Assembly: GCA_963751275.1 (NCBI GenBank)
Contig: CAVVTZ010000007.1
Coordinates: 32,001 to 96,000, forward strand
Reading direction: 5' to 3'
Length of the DNA stretch: 64,000 nt
Source of the DNA: an uncultured Gemmatimonadaceae bacterium
Lineage (GTDB): Bacteria; Gemmatimonadota; Gemmatimonadetes; Gemmatimonadales; Gemmatimonadaceae
Part shown: positions 37,534 through 49,776 of the stretch, piece after piece
How the letters are laid out: each line of letters begins with the position of its first letter
Position numbering within the stretch: the first letter of the stretch is position 1
The notes under the pieces: model-generated
What the model was told of the DNA's origin: nothing
Database searches by the model: none
What the model saw: the letters and a program-made list of their open reading frames with translations, nothing else
Position numbers and translations under genes: made by a program

Positions 37534-38783
37534 GGTTTGGTCGAATCCTTCGGCGCGAGCGCGATCAAGCGCTCCTTCGCCTTCGCGACATACTGGTCGT
37601 TCGGCACCGAGAGGCCCAGGTACGACTTGTATTCGGCGCGCGCCTCATCCTGGTACTCCGCCCCGTCGTAGATGAACGCGAGCAGCGCGTGCGGGGCCGC
37701 GAAATAGGGGGCCAGTTTCACCGACTTCTGCAACTGCTCCATCGCCTCGCGGTCGTGCCCGGAGAGGATGAGCGCCCGTCCGTAGAAGAACGCGGTGGCG
37801 GGATCGTCCGGTGACATCTGCGCCGCGAGCTCAAGCTCGCTCAGCGCCTGGGCCGTGTCACCCTTCCCGAGCGCGAGTCCGCTCAATGCGAGATGCGCCG
37901 GTGCGTACGACAGGTCTTCCTCCAGCGCGCGCCCGTAGGCTTCGCGCGCCGAGTCCGGCATGTGTAACTGCTCGAACGTCAGCCCACTCGATTGCTGGAT
38001 GATCGCCTTGGACTCGTACACACGCACCACCCGCTTCTCCTCCGAAACCTGCTTGCCCAACGCGGCCTGCCGCAATTCGACCGACGCGCTCTCATAATTG
38101 CCGGCAAGATAGAAGATCCGCCCGCGCTCCAGATGGATGGACGCGATGGCGTACGCGCGCCGGGATGCGCGGAGTTCCGCGTCCTTCTTCTTCGTGTCGT
38201 TCTTGCCGTCCTTCTCGATCTCGGTGAGCACGGTATCGTAATTCGCGAGAGCGATGTGGAACATGCCGCGGGTATAGGCGCTGACCGCGCGCATCATCGG
38301 GGACGTGTTCCACACGCGTTGCAATGCGACTTCGACCTCGCCGCGCTCGGCGCCCGAGAATCGACTCGAGTACATCTGCTCGACCATCGTTCGCTCCAGG
38401 CGCTCGTACAGGAACGGGTTGAGCGTGAGTGCTCTCAGACGAAGCGAGTCGATGTGTGCGGCTTTCTCGCTCCCTTTGGATCCCTCCTCGCCATTCTCCA
38501 TCGCGTACAGCTCCCCCGGATCCTGGAGCCACTCAGCCACCCACTGGCCATAATATCCGTCCGCCCAGGTCGGATTGATCTGCTGCGCCCAGTAGAACGC
38601 GTCCGACGCCTTGTATGGATCCTCCGCCAGCTTCGAGACGCCGAGGCGCCAGTACGCCTGCGCGTCATTGGTATCCGCCGAAGCTGGCAGCCCGGGACGC
38701 TTCGGAGCCTTCGGCGCTTTCTGCGCACCAGCGGACAACGCGGCGGCCGCCAGTGCGAGCACGAGGAACGCGACACGCTTCAT
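37530..38783 (-). CDS. Secreted TPR protein
   Basis: Signal peptide MKRVAFLVLALAAAA, multiple TPRs, SD AGGAGG; coupled to the S41 gene. Confidence 0.8.
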   Translation of the reverse strand: MKRVAFLVLALAAAALSAGAQKAPKAPKRPGLPASADTNDAQAYWRLGVSKLAEDPYKASDAFYWAQQINPTWADGYYGQWVAEWLQDPGELYAMENGEEGSKGSEKAAHIDSLRLRALTLNPFLYERLERTMVEQMYSSRFSGAERGEVEVALQRVWNTSPMMRAVSAYTRGMFHIALANYDTVLTEIEKDGKNDTKKKDAELRASRRAYAIASIHLERGRIFYLAGNYESASVELRQAALGKQVSEEKRVVRVYESKAIIQQSSGLTFEQLHMPDSAREAYGRALEEDLSYAPAHLALSGLALGKGDTAQALSELELAAQMSPDDPATAFFYGRALILSGHDREAMEQLQKSVKLAPYFAAPHALLAFIYDGAEYQDEARAEYKSYLGLSVPNDQYVAKAKERLIALAPKDSTKP

Positions 38784-38826
38784 GATGACCGAATCCTCCT
38801 TGAGGGAATGCCCACCTCGGTCATGG

Positions 38827-39090
38827 TCATGGTGATCTACCCGTCGCCGTGGCAAGGGCTTCGACGCGTCTCTGGACCCACGGCAGCGATGCCGCACTGC
38901 GCGGCGCGCGTCTCTCGAACTCACGGTACGCGCGCATGGCCGCTTCGGTCCGGCCGCCGGCATCCTCCAGTCGTCCGACGAGTTCGTATGGCGGCGCGTA
39001 ATCAGGGTTCATCGTGATGGCGGTGCGCAGCCGCTGCAACGCATCATCGGCGTGGCCAGAGATGCCCGATACTGGCTCGCCTTCGCACAC
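38827..39090 (-). pseudogene. C-terminal fragment of a TPR paralog
   Basis: ISGHADDALQRL..NPDYAPPY..EAAMRAY..RVEALA aligns with the C-terminus of 37530-38783. Confidence 0.5.
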
Positions 39091-39171
39091 AAGTCCAGCG
39101 CACCCGATTAGGGGTATTTCATGCCATGAACAGCCCTTTACCGGGACCCTTCCCGCACCGTATTATGAGGC

Positions 39172-39264
39172 AACGGCCGGAGCGCTCTAGCGCCGGTCAC
39201 TGCCGCCGCGGGAACGGCGTGGCGGCATTGCCCCCCGGGGATCTCCCCGGGGGGCTCTTTCTTT
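39172..39264 (+). ncRNA. Candidate small RNA
   Basis: TTTACC-18-TATTAT promoter, three hairpins and a + strand T-rich tail, between minus-strand genes. Confidence 0.45.
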
Positions 39265-39274
39265 CCCGGAGCGG

Positions 39275-40180
39275 TCAGCGGTCGCGCAGCTGCTTCGACA
39301 TCTCCACGAGCAGCATGCGCTCATCGGCCGTCAGGCTGTCGATGCCAAGCCGCGAGATCTTGTCGAGGACGTGATCGAGCTCCTCGGTCTTACGGCGCCC
39401 GACGCGCGTCGCGAGCGGGATGGTGCGCGCCGGCGGCTGCGCGACGGCGGCGTTGCTCCGCGCCACCGCGTCGTCCGCCTCGGAGACGCGTTCACGCGTG
39501 CGCGCCGGCGGACGCGGGATCGCGCGCGGCGGTTCTTCCGGCTCATCCGGTACGCTGGAGACCCGCTGCCGAACGCGATCGAGCCCGGGCGCAGCGGAGG
39601 CGTACAGGAAGATCATTCCCGCCACGAGCCCGCCGAGATGGGCCATGTACGCGACGCCTCCCCCTCCGCTCGCGGTGGTCACGCCGAAGAGCAGATTGAT
39701 GACCGCGAGGAACGCGACGAGCCAACGCACCTTCACCGTGATCATGAACGGGAAGAGCGCGACCTCGTCGTCCGGCCAGCGCACGGCGTAGGCAAGCAGT
39801 ACGCCAAGGATCGCCGCCGATGCGCCAAGCAGATACCCGCCCTGCGAGACGAAGATGACGTGCGCGAGCCAGCCCCCCACCGCGCACCACACGTAGTAGG
39901 CGATGAAGCGCGCTCCGCCCATCGCTTGCTCGACGCGCGGGCCGAACACGAACAGGAGCCAGAGATTCGACAGGATGTGCCAGAACCCGGCGTGCGCGAA
40001 GCTGTACGTGATGATGGTCCACGGCGCCCCGCCGGTGTGCCACGCCAGCGCGCGGATCATGTCGTTGTCGCCGACGAGCGCGATCTGGAGGAAGAACACC
40101 GCGACATTCAGCGCGATGATCGCGCGCACCACCGGCGTCATCGGCGGCGGCAGCCGCTCCTCGACAGTCGTGAAATCCAT
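39275..40180 (-). CDS. Rhomboid intramembrane serine protease with C-terminal DUF6576-like helix
   Basis: HAGFWHILSN, GASA, AHLGG; LDHVLDKISRLGIDSLT. Confidence 0.92.
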   Translation of the reverse strand: MDFTTVEERLPPPMTPVVRAIIALNVAVFFLQIALVGDNDMIRALAWHTGGAPWTIITYSFAHAGFWHILSNLWLLFVFGPRVEQAMGGARFIAYYVWCAVGGWLAHVIFVSQGGYLLGASAAILGVLLAYAVRWPDDEVALFPFMITVKVRWLVAFLAVINLLFGVTTASGGGGVAYMAHLGGLVAGMIFLYASAAPGLDRVRQRVSSVPDEPEEPPRAIPRPPARTRERVSEADDAVARSNAAVAQPPARTIPLATRVGRRKTEELDHVLDKISRLGIDSLTADERMLLVEMSKQLRDR

Positions 40181-40192
40181 CCGCGCTCTCCG

Positions 40193-40855
40193 CTACCGCA
40201 CCCCGACCGGACCCTGCACGCGCAGCACGAGCACGACGTCGCGATGGATCGCCATCGCCTGGTCCATCAACGTCGCGTAGCGGCGGTCGAGCGGCTGCTT
40301 CTCGCCGGATGGAGAGGGGTGGAGCACGATCTGCACATCGGGCACGGCGGCATGCGCCTGCTCCACGAGCCGCAAGATCTGGCCGTCGCTCGTCGCGTCG
40401 CGCGGCGAGAGCACCAGCGCGTGCCCGATCTTCGTGCTCGCGGCGCCGCGCAGTGACGACAGCGCGCGCTCGGCGAGGGCCGGCGCATCGCCGAACTCGA
40501 ACGTCACCTGCAACATGGTGAGCGAACCGATCACGGACGCGAGATCGTCGGGGCGCTGGCCGTCGCAGTCGAGCATCACCGGCAGACTCGACTTCCAGCG
40601 CGCGAACGCGTCCGCGATCAGCGGACCGCTCCCGAGCGGGTCGCGCCCCGCGAGCGCGATCGAGTGGAGCGCCGTGTGTCCCACCGCGCGGTCCACCTGC
40701 TTCGCCAGCATCTCGCCGTTGTAGAGCACGGCCGTCTCGGCCTCGCCGGCGAAGCGGACGAAGAGCTGCCGGCGTCCGGTCCAGACGCCTTGGCTCTGAA
40801 TGCCCGGAGTGATCCCCGCGATCGCCGCCGTCGGCCCGGTGCTACGTGCCATCAT
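40193..40855 (-). CDS. QueE/NrdG-like protein lacking the CxxxCxxC motif
   Basis: GIQSQG.WTG..QLFVRFAG, IALAGRDPL, MLDCDG and IVLHP match QueE motifs in order; only one Cys. ATGA-coupled to ddl. Confidence 0.65.
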   Translation of the reverse strand: MMARSTGPTAAIAGITPGIQSQGVWTGRRQLFVRFAGEAETAVLYNGEMLAKQVDRAVGHTALHSIALAGRDPLGSGPLIADAFARWKSSLPVMLDCDGQRPDDLASVIGSLTMLQVTFEFGDAPALAERALSSLRGAASTKIGHALVLSPRDATSDGQILRLVEQAHAAVPDVQIVLHPSPSGEKQPLDRRYATLMDQAMAIHRDVVLVLRVQGPVGVR

Positions 40856-41889
40856 GCCCCCCAGTGTGACTGCGACATCGCGAGCTGGACGATCCGTTCG
40901 CACAGCGCGCCGAACTCGATCCCGGCCGCCGCCGCGGCCTGCGGGACGAGACTGAACTCCGTCATACCCGGCAACGTGTTCGCCTCGAGACAGAACAACT
41001 CGCCTCCCGCTGTCAAACGGAAGTCGATCCGGGCGTAGCCGTCAAGCTTGAGCGCCGTGAAAGCGGCCTTCGCCTGACGCTGCGCCTCGGCCGCGATCGC
41101 CGCGGGCAGGCGCGCCGGGAATTCCTCCACCGCCATGCCAGCAGTGTACTTGCACTCGTAATCGTAAATATCGTGCTTGGGGATGATCTCGCCCACTGGC
41201 AGCGCCTGATCCCCCAGGATCGCCACCGTGAGCTCCCGCCCCGGCACGAACCCCTCGATCATCACTTCATCATCATACTGCGCCGCCTCGGCCACCGCAG
41301 CGGCCAGGCGCGCCGGCTCCTTCACGACCGAGAGGCCCACCGTCGAACCCTGCTTGGATGGCTTCACGACCACCGGCATGCCGAGCGTCTTCGCGACCGC
41401 CGGGCCGTCCGGCGCTTGGCCGGCGTGACGGCCCACCATCATCCAATCCGCCGTCGCGACGCCCGCCGCGCGAAAGAGCTTCTTGGAGACATCCTTGTCC
41501 ATCGCGATCGCGCTCCCGAGATGGCCGCTCCCGGTGTACCGGACGCGCGCGAGATCGAGCATCGCCTGCAACGTGCCGTCCTCACCCTCACCGCCATGCA
41601 GTCCGAGGAAGACGACATCGGCGTTCCGCACTTCGGGCAGCGTGCCGAGCGCCGGCAACAGCGCGCCGCGCCGGAAGGTGCGCAGCGACTCGAGCGACGG
41701 CGGTTCGGGATGCAGCACGCCGGCGCTCCGCATCGCCGTCTCTTGCGCGGGCGTGATGACGCCGCTCGCCGGGTCGACGAGCGTCACTTGGTGCGATCGC
41801 GCGCGCAATGCCTGCGCGATTCGGAGTCCCGATGCGAGCGAGACATCACGTTCCGCCGAGGCGCCGCCGAGAAGGAGTGTGATCCGCAT
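40852..41889 (-). CDS. ddl: D-alanine--D-alanine ligase
   Basis: LLGGASAERDVSL.SG, LHGGEGEDG, MDK, GSTVG, YDYECKY, RIDF, EANTLPG. Confidence 0.96.
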   Translation of the reverse strand: MRITLLLGGASAERDVSLASGLRIAQALRARSHQVTLVDPASGVITPAQETAMRSAGVLHPEPPSLESLRTFRRGALLPALGTLPEVRNADVVFLGLHGGEGEDGTLQAMLDLARVRYTGSGHLGSAIAMDKDVSKKLFRAAGVATADWMMVGRHAGQAPDGPAVAKTLGMPVVVKPSKQGSTVGLSVVKEPARLAAAVAEAAQYDDEVMIEGFVPGRELTVAILGDQALPVGEIIPKHDIYDYECKYTAGMAVEEFPARLPAAIAAEAQRQAKAAFTALKLDGYARIDFRLTAGGELFCLEANTLPGMTEFSLVPQAAAAAGIEFGALCERIVQLAMSQSHWGA

Positions 41890-42007
41890 TCCATAGGCAA
41901 GATGGCGGAGGCGGCAAGGCGGGGACAGGGGGAGATCCCTCATGGGCGGCCGCGTCGCCGGCGGCCTCTATCCGCCCCTCCATCCTGTGGCGATATTTCT
42001 CCCTACG

Positions 42008-42460
42008 ATGCGCCTCTCTCATGTTCTTGCCGCGTGCGTGCTGATCACCGCCGCCTGCCCGTCGGCCGACACGACCAAGCAGGCGATGGACGCGCTCACC
42101 GCGGCCGGCCAGAAGCCCGACGAGTTGCCGGTGATGCTCAACCAGGAGCTGCCGTTCCGCTATCCGGACAAGCTCTACGCGTCCAAGGTGCAGGCGAACG
42201 TGGTGCTACGGATCTACATCGATAGTACCGGCGCCGTCTGGCCCGATTCGACCCTCGTCTTGAAGTCCTCGGGCTACCCGGAACTCGACAGCGCGGCGGT
42301 GCAGGGCGCGCCCGAGCTGCATTTCGTTCCGGCGAAGTTCCAGAAGCAGCCGATCGGCGTCGACATCCAGCTCCCGGTATACTTCCGGCATCCCGGTTCC
42401 GGCCCGCTCCCCGGCGACACGATCCTCCAGAAGAAAGCGACGCCCGCCGCGAAGCCATGA
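42008..42460 (+). CDS. TonB C-terminal domain lipoprotein
   Basis: Lipobox-like TAAC; YP..A..V.LRIYID.TG, SSGYPELDSAA, FVPA. Confidence 0.75.
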   Translation: MRLSHVLAACVLITAACPSADTTKQAMDALTAAGQKPDELPVMLNQELPFRYPDKLYASKVQANVVLRIYIDSTGAVWPDSTLVLKSSGYPELDSAAVQGAPELHFVPAKFQKQPIGVDIQLPVYFRHPGSGPLPGDTILQKKATPAAKP

Positions 42461-43854
42461 GCGGCGTCGAGCGGAATCGCCGCCCGTATGAGAGCGTCCT
42501 GGAGACGATCGGCTGGACGCCGCTCATCCGGCTGACCCGCATCACGCGCGGCCTGCGTACACCGGTCTACGGCAAGGCGGAATTCTTCAATCCGGGCGGC
42601 AGCGTCAAGGACCGCATCGGGCTGCCGATCATCGAAAAGGCCGAGCGCGATGGATCGCTCAAGCCCGGCGGCACGATCGTCGAGGGCACGAGCGGCAACA
42701 CGGGGGTCGGACTGGCGATCGCGGCCGCGCTCAAGGGCTATCGCTGCATCTTCACGATGCCCGACAAGATGTCGCAGGAGAAGGTGCGCTTGCTGAAGGC
42801 CTTCGGCGCGGAGGTGATCATCACGCCGACCGCGGTGCCGCCCGACCATCCCGACAACTACGTGATGATGGCCAAGCGGATCGCGCACGAGACGCCGAAC
42901 GCGATCCTCGCGAACCAATTCTACAACGACGCGAATCCGCAGGCGCACGAGGAGACCACGGGTCCCGAGCTGTGGGAGCAGTCGGAGGGGCGGATCACCC
43001 ATTTCGTCGCGTCAGCCGGAACGGGCGGCACGATCACCGGCGTCGCGCGCTATCTCAAGAAGAAGAACCCGAAGATCCGGGTGATCGCCGGCGATCCGCA
43101 GGGCTCGATCCTCGCGGAACTCTGGCGAACGAAGGGGAAGTCGCACGGCGAGGGTGTGCCGTACAAAGTGGAAGGCATCGGACAGGACAAGCTGCCTGGA
43201 ACGCTCGACCTGTCGCTGGTGGACGACTACCGCACGGTGGGCGATCGTGAGTCGTTCGCGATGGCGCGGCGGCTGACGCGCGAGGAGGGATTGTTCGTCG
43301 GCGGGTCGAGCGGCCTGATCGCGCACGTCGCGCTGCAGGTGGCCGCCGAAGTCGATGACCCGAAGGCGTTCATCGTCACGTTCCTGTGCGACACCGGCGA
43401 GCGTTATCTCTCGAAGCTCTACAGCGACGAGTGGATGCGCGAGAACCAAATGCTCGATGGCGAGCGCATCTCGATCGCGCAACTGCTCACGAAGAAGCGC
43501 GGCGATGCGCCGGTGATCGTGAGCACCACGCCCGGCGCGAGCGTGCGGCAGGCGCTGCGCTTGATGGCGCTGCACGACATCTCGCAGCTGCCCGTGCTCG
43601 ATGGCCGCGACTGTGTGGGCTCGATGAGCGAGGCGACGGCCTCGGCGAAGGCGCTCGAGAATCCGAAATTGCTCGACGTCTCCGTGAGCGAGATCATGGA
43701 GGGACCCTTCCCGCTGGTGGAAGGCACGCAGCCGGTGGAGAGCGTCGTGCGGCTGCTCAGCAAGACGAACCCGGCGGTGCTCGTGCGCGGCGAGAGCGGC
43801 ATCCAGGGGATCGTGACGCGGAGCGACGTGCTCGAGTTCCTGATGGCGCGCTGA
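42457..43854 (+). CDS. Cystathionine beta-synthase with CBS domains
   Basis: NPGGSVKDR, TSGNTG, GTGGT, VEGIG; C-terminal CBS pair. Confidence 0.9.
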   Translation: MSGVERNRRPYESVLETIGWTPLIRLTRITRGLRTPVYGKAEFFNPGGSVKDRIGLPIIEKAERDGSLKPGGTIVEGTSGNTGVGLAIAAALKGYRCIFTMPDKMSQEKVRLLKAFGAEVIITPTAVPPDHPDNYVMMAKRIAHETPNAILANQFYNDANPQAHEETTGPELWEQSEGRITHFVASAGTGGTITGVARYLKKKNPKIRVIAGDPQGSILAELWRTKGKSHGEGVPYKVEGIGQDKLPGTLDLSLVDDYRTVGDRESFAMARRLTREEGLFVGGSSGLIAHVALQVAAEVDDPKAFIVTFLCDTGERYLSKLYSDEWMRENQMLDGERISIAQLLTKKRGDAPVIVSTTPGASVRQALRLMALHDISQLPVLDGRDCVGSMSEATASAKALENPKLLDVSVSEIMEGPFPLVEGTQPVESVVRLLSKTNPAVLVRGESGIQGIVTRSDVLEFLMAR

Positions 43855-43963
43855 ACGCAGCGCCGCCCCGGCGGCGCTTGCCTGCTCTCGCGATGCGGCG
43901 GTGACGGTGCGGCGTGTGGCTCGTGTATCTCACGTTAGCACCCTCTAATCGGCTTCACATCAT

Positions 43964-45073
43964 ATGAAGGGTTCCGCCACGCGGCGCGTCGCCGCGGTGC
44001 TCATCGCCCCGGTCACCATCCTCGCAACGCTCGCGATCCTCGCGAACGCAGCGCTCATCGTGCCCGGCACACCGCCGGAGCTCGTGCGCGTCGCGGGCGC
44101 GGTGAATCTCGGACTCTCCGCCGTGCTCGTCGCGCTCATCGTCCACGACCTGGCGCACTGGGTCGCCGCGCGCGCCGCCGGCTTCCGCGCGGTGGAGGCG
44201 ATGATCGGCCCCTTCGCGTTCGCGCCATTGCGCCGCGGCATGTATCTGCGCACCGTGACATTGTGGGGAGCGCTGCGCGGCGGCGTGCTCGTGGAGCCGC
44301 ATGGCGAGCGCCGCATGAATGCGCGCTGGGCGCTGGTCGCGTTCGCCGGACCGGCCGCCAGTCTTGCACTCGGCATCGCGACGATCTCCATCGCTCCGGT
44401 GATCGCGCTCGCGTCGCTGCTGCGCTTTGCGCTCTCCGCGATGCCGATCGGCGTGCGCGGGGCGCCGAGCGATGGCGCCCAATTGCTGCTGCTCGCCGGC
44501 GGCGGTGCGGCGGCGGACCGGTTCCTCGCGCTGTTGCGCATCGCCGGCGCGCAGCGCGTCGGCCAGCGTCCGCGCTCCTGGCCCGACCGGTGGACGGCCG
44601 ACGCGATCGCGATCCACGATGGCACCGCCGCCGAGGCGGCGGGCTGCGTGGCCGCGTTCCGCCGCGCGCTCGATGGCTGCGCGCACGAGAAGGCGGCGGT
44701 GCTGCTCGATCGCGCGCTGGCGCTGCGTGCCGTGTTGCCCGGGCGGCTGGCCTGCGCGCTGTTGGCCGACGCGGCGTACTTCGAGGCGCGCATCCACGAC
44801 GATGCCGCGCGCGCCCAAGTCTGGCTGGACGAGGCGGCGGCGCGCCGGCCGGCATGCCCCATTGCCATTGGGCGGGCATCGGCCGCCGTGATGCTCGCGG
44901 CCGGCGACTTCGCGGGCGGCGTGGCGGCCGCGCGCGCCGCGCTCGAGGATCTCGACCGCGCGGAGCGGGTGGAGCGCCGCACGCAGCCGATGGAATCCGA
45001 CTGGCTGCGCGAGATGATCGCCCGCGCCGAGTGCGCGGCGGTGCTCCCCGCGGAGTTCCTCGCGGCGAGCTAG
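43964..45073 (+). CDS. M50 (site-2 protease)-like membrane protein, HDxxH variant, with TPR-like tail
   Basis: VHDLAH, VAFAGPAASL, P....SDG. Confidence 0.6.
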   Translation: MKGSATRRVAAVLIAPVTILATLAILANAALIVPGTPPELVRVAGAVNLGLSAVLVALIVHDLAHWVAARAAGFRAVEAMIGPFAFAPLRRGMYLRTVTLWGALRGGVLVEPHGERRMNARWALVAFAGPAASLALGIATISIAPVIALASLLRFALSAMPIGVRGAPSDGAQLLLLAGGGAAADRFLALLRIAGAQRVGQRPRSWPDRWTADAIAIHDGTAAEAAGCVAAFRRALDGCAHEKAAVLLDRALALRAVLPGRLACALLADAAYFEARIHDDAARAQVWLDEAAARRPACPIAIGRASAAVMLAAGDFAGGVAAARAALEDLDRAERVERRTQPMESDWLREMIARAECAAVLPAEFLAAS

Positions 45074-45080
45074 CGCCCGG

Positions 45081-47677
<2,597 letters not shown>

Positions 47678-47681
<4 letters not shown>

Positions 47682-48619
47682 TGCGGTTCCGCATCCGTGA
47701 CGAAGGCCGCGATCTTCTTCGCATTGAGCTTGTTCGCCTCGGCGTCGGCCTGCGCATGCTTGTCGTAGCGGCCGACGCGCACGCGGAAGGGGGCCGCGGT
47801 GCCGTACACGCGCGCATCGTAGCCACGGTCCTTCAGATTCTTCGCGAGCGCATCGGCGGCGGACTTCGTGTTGTATGCGCCCACCTGCACGGTGTATTGC
47901 TTCTTCGCCGCCGGTGCGGCAGTCGCCGTGGCCGCCGGCGCCGCCGCGCTGCCCGACGCTGGCGCGGGCGCCGGGGTGAACGCGGCTGCTGCGGCCGCCG
48001 GATTCGATCGCGCGCTGTCCGGTGATGATGCGGCCGCCAATGCCGTGTCCGCCGGATTGCAGCGCGTCGTCCAGTACTCGATCTGATTGCGGAGCTCGAC
48101 ATCGGACGCCGGCGCCGTGCGCCCCGCGTCGCCGAGTTGCCGGCACGCGTCCGCGATCTTCCCCTGTTCGAATTCCACGCGCGCGATCCAGAAGCTCGCC
48201 TTCGGGCGCGCGGGACTGTCCGGATGCTCCAGCATCACGCGGTTCAGGTGCGCGAGCGCCTTGTCCATGTCGCGCCGCGTCATCTCGAGCTGCGCCAGAC
48301 GCATCAGCGCTTCCACGCTCCACGGCGAGAGCGGATAGTCCACGATGATCGTTTGCAGATCGCGCTCCGCGTCAGCCGCCGTGGCCGCCACCACCGCCCG
48401 CCAGTACAACGCCTCCACATAGCGCGGCAATGCCGTCGGCGCGGCTTCGAACTGTTCCTGTGCGAGCGCGCGCGCCGCATCGCCCTGGCCGTTGGCGGCC
48501 AGCCGCTGCACACGCAGGAAGACCGTGTCCGTCGTGAGCGTGCTGTCGATGCCCTGAGCGCCGGCGCGCGCCGCCAGCAGGAAGAGCGGGATGGCGAGAA
48601 GGAGACGTTTCGTCAGCAT
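47678..48619 (-). CDS. Periplasmic TPR + SPOR domain protein
   Basis: Signal peptide, TPRs, YTVQVGAY..A...FRVRVG. Confidence 0.88.
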
Positions 48620-48647
48620 CGGTGCGCCGGAATGAGGGACGGCCCTG

Positions 48648-49664
48648 CTATGCGCAGAGCGACAGGACGAGATTGGTGAGCAGTTGTTCATCGGTCGAGC
48701 CGCGCGTGTCCTTGAGCGAGGTATCCGCCGCCAGCAACGCCTCGAGCGCCGCGTCCAGCTGGGCCGTGGACCACGTGCCCGCGGTGCGCTGCCACGCCGC
48801 CACCGCATCGTTCCACGAGCGGCCCGGATAGGCTTTGCTCTCCTTCAAGAGACCAAAATAATCGGCGCGCCCTTTCACCGCGCCGCCCCATGCAAGCGCG
48901 AGCGTCTGCGTCGCAAGGCCCATCACGATCGACACGCCGCTCGTCTTGGGCTGCGTGAGGATGTGCGGCAGGATGGCGAGCGCGCCCACGGCATCGCGCG
49001 CGGCAATGCGATCCAGCAGATCGCCCACAGTCTCGCCGCGGCGAACGCCGACCACCGCGGCCACCGCGTCCTCGCTGATCTCCGCGCCGCCGGAGAAACT
49101 CGCGAGTTTGTCCAGTTCGGCGGCGAGCAATGGCAGGTCGTTCCCGGCCGCGCGCTGCAGCAGCTCGGCCGCGCCCGGCGTGAGCGTCACGCCCAACTCA
49201 CCGGCATGGTGGACGATCCATTTCGCGACGCGATCGCCGCTGAGCGGCTCGAACTCCACCTCCGTCATGCGCTTCGCGAGGGACTTGTCCGCGGCCGCCA
49301 ATTCCCCGGCGGCGGCCACGAGCACGAGCAGCAGGTCGGCCGCCGGTGCCGGCCGCGAGAGGAAGGTGTCGAGCGCCGCGCGCGCATCTTTCCGGAGCGC
49401 CGGCGCGTTGCGCACGATGATCACGCGCCGGTCCGCCATCATCGGCGGCGTGCCGAGGAGCGAGCCGAGCGCCTCGGCGTCGAGCAATGCCCCATCGCGC
49501 ACATCGAGGTTGAAATCGCGCGTCGCCGGAGCCACCGCGGCCGCGATGAGCAGGCGCAGCGCATCTTCCTTCAGGAAATCATCATCGCCGTGCAGATAGT
49601 ACGCGTGGTCGAACGCGTGCGTCTGCAGCGATTTCCGAAAGGTGCGCTCGTTGGCGGCGGCCAT
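48648..49664 (-). CDS. holA: DNA polymerase III delta subunit
   Basis: YYLHGDDDFL, DFN, PMMADRRVI, ELDKL, ADTSLK. Confidence 0.9.
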   Translation of the reverse strand: MAAANERTFRKSLQTHAFDHAYYLHGDDDFLKEDALRLLIAAAVAPATRDFNLDVRDGALLDAEALGSLLGTPPMMADRRVIIVRNAPALRKDARAALDTFLSRPAPAADLLLVLVAAAGELAAADKSLAKRMTEVEFEPLSGDRVAKWIVHHAGELGVTLTPGAAELLQRAAGNDLPLLAAELDKLASFSGGAEISEDAVAAVVGVRRGETVGDLLDRIAARDAVGALAILPHILTQPKTSGVSIVMGLATQTLALAWGGAVKGRADYFGLLKESKAYPGRSWNDAVAAWQRTAGTWSTAQLDAALEALLAADTSLKDTRGSTDEQLLTNLVLSLCA

Positions 49665-49776
49665 GGGGAGAATATAGCGCCGGTTGTGACGGCCGCAGCG
49701 CGCGGCTAGACTCAGGCCACCGCAACGCGCGCCGTTCGCGCGCGTCGCTCCTTCCCTCTGGTCGTCCGAGGATCCC

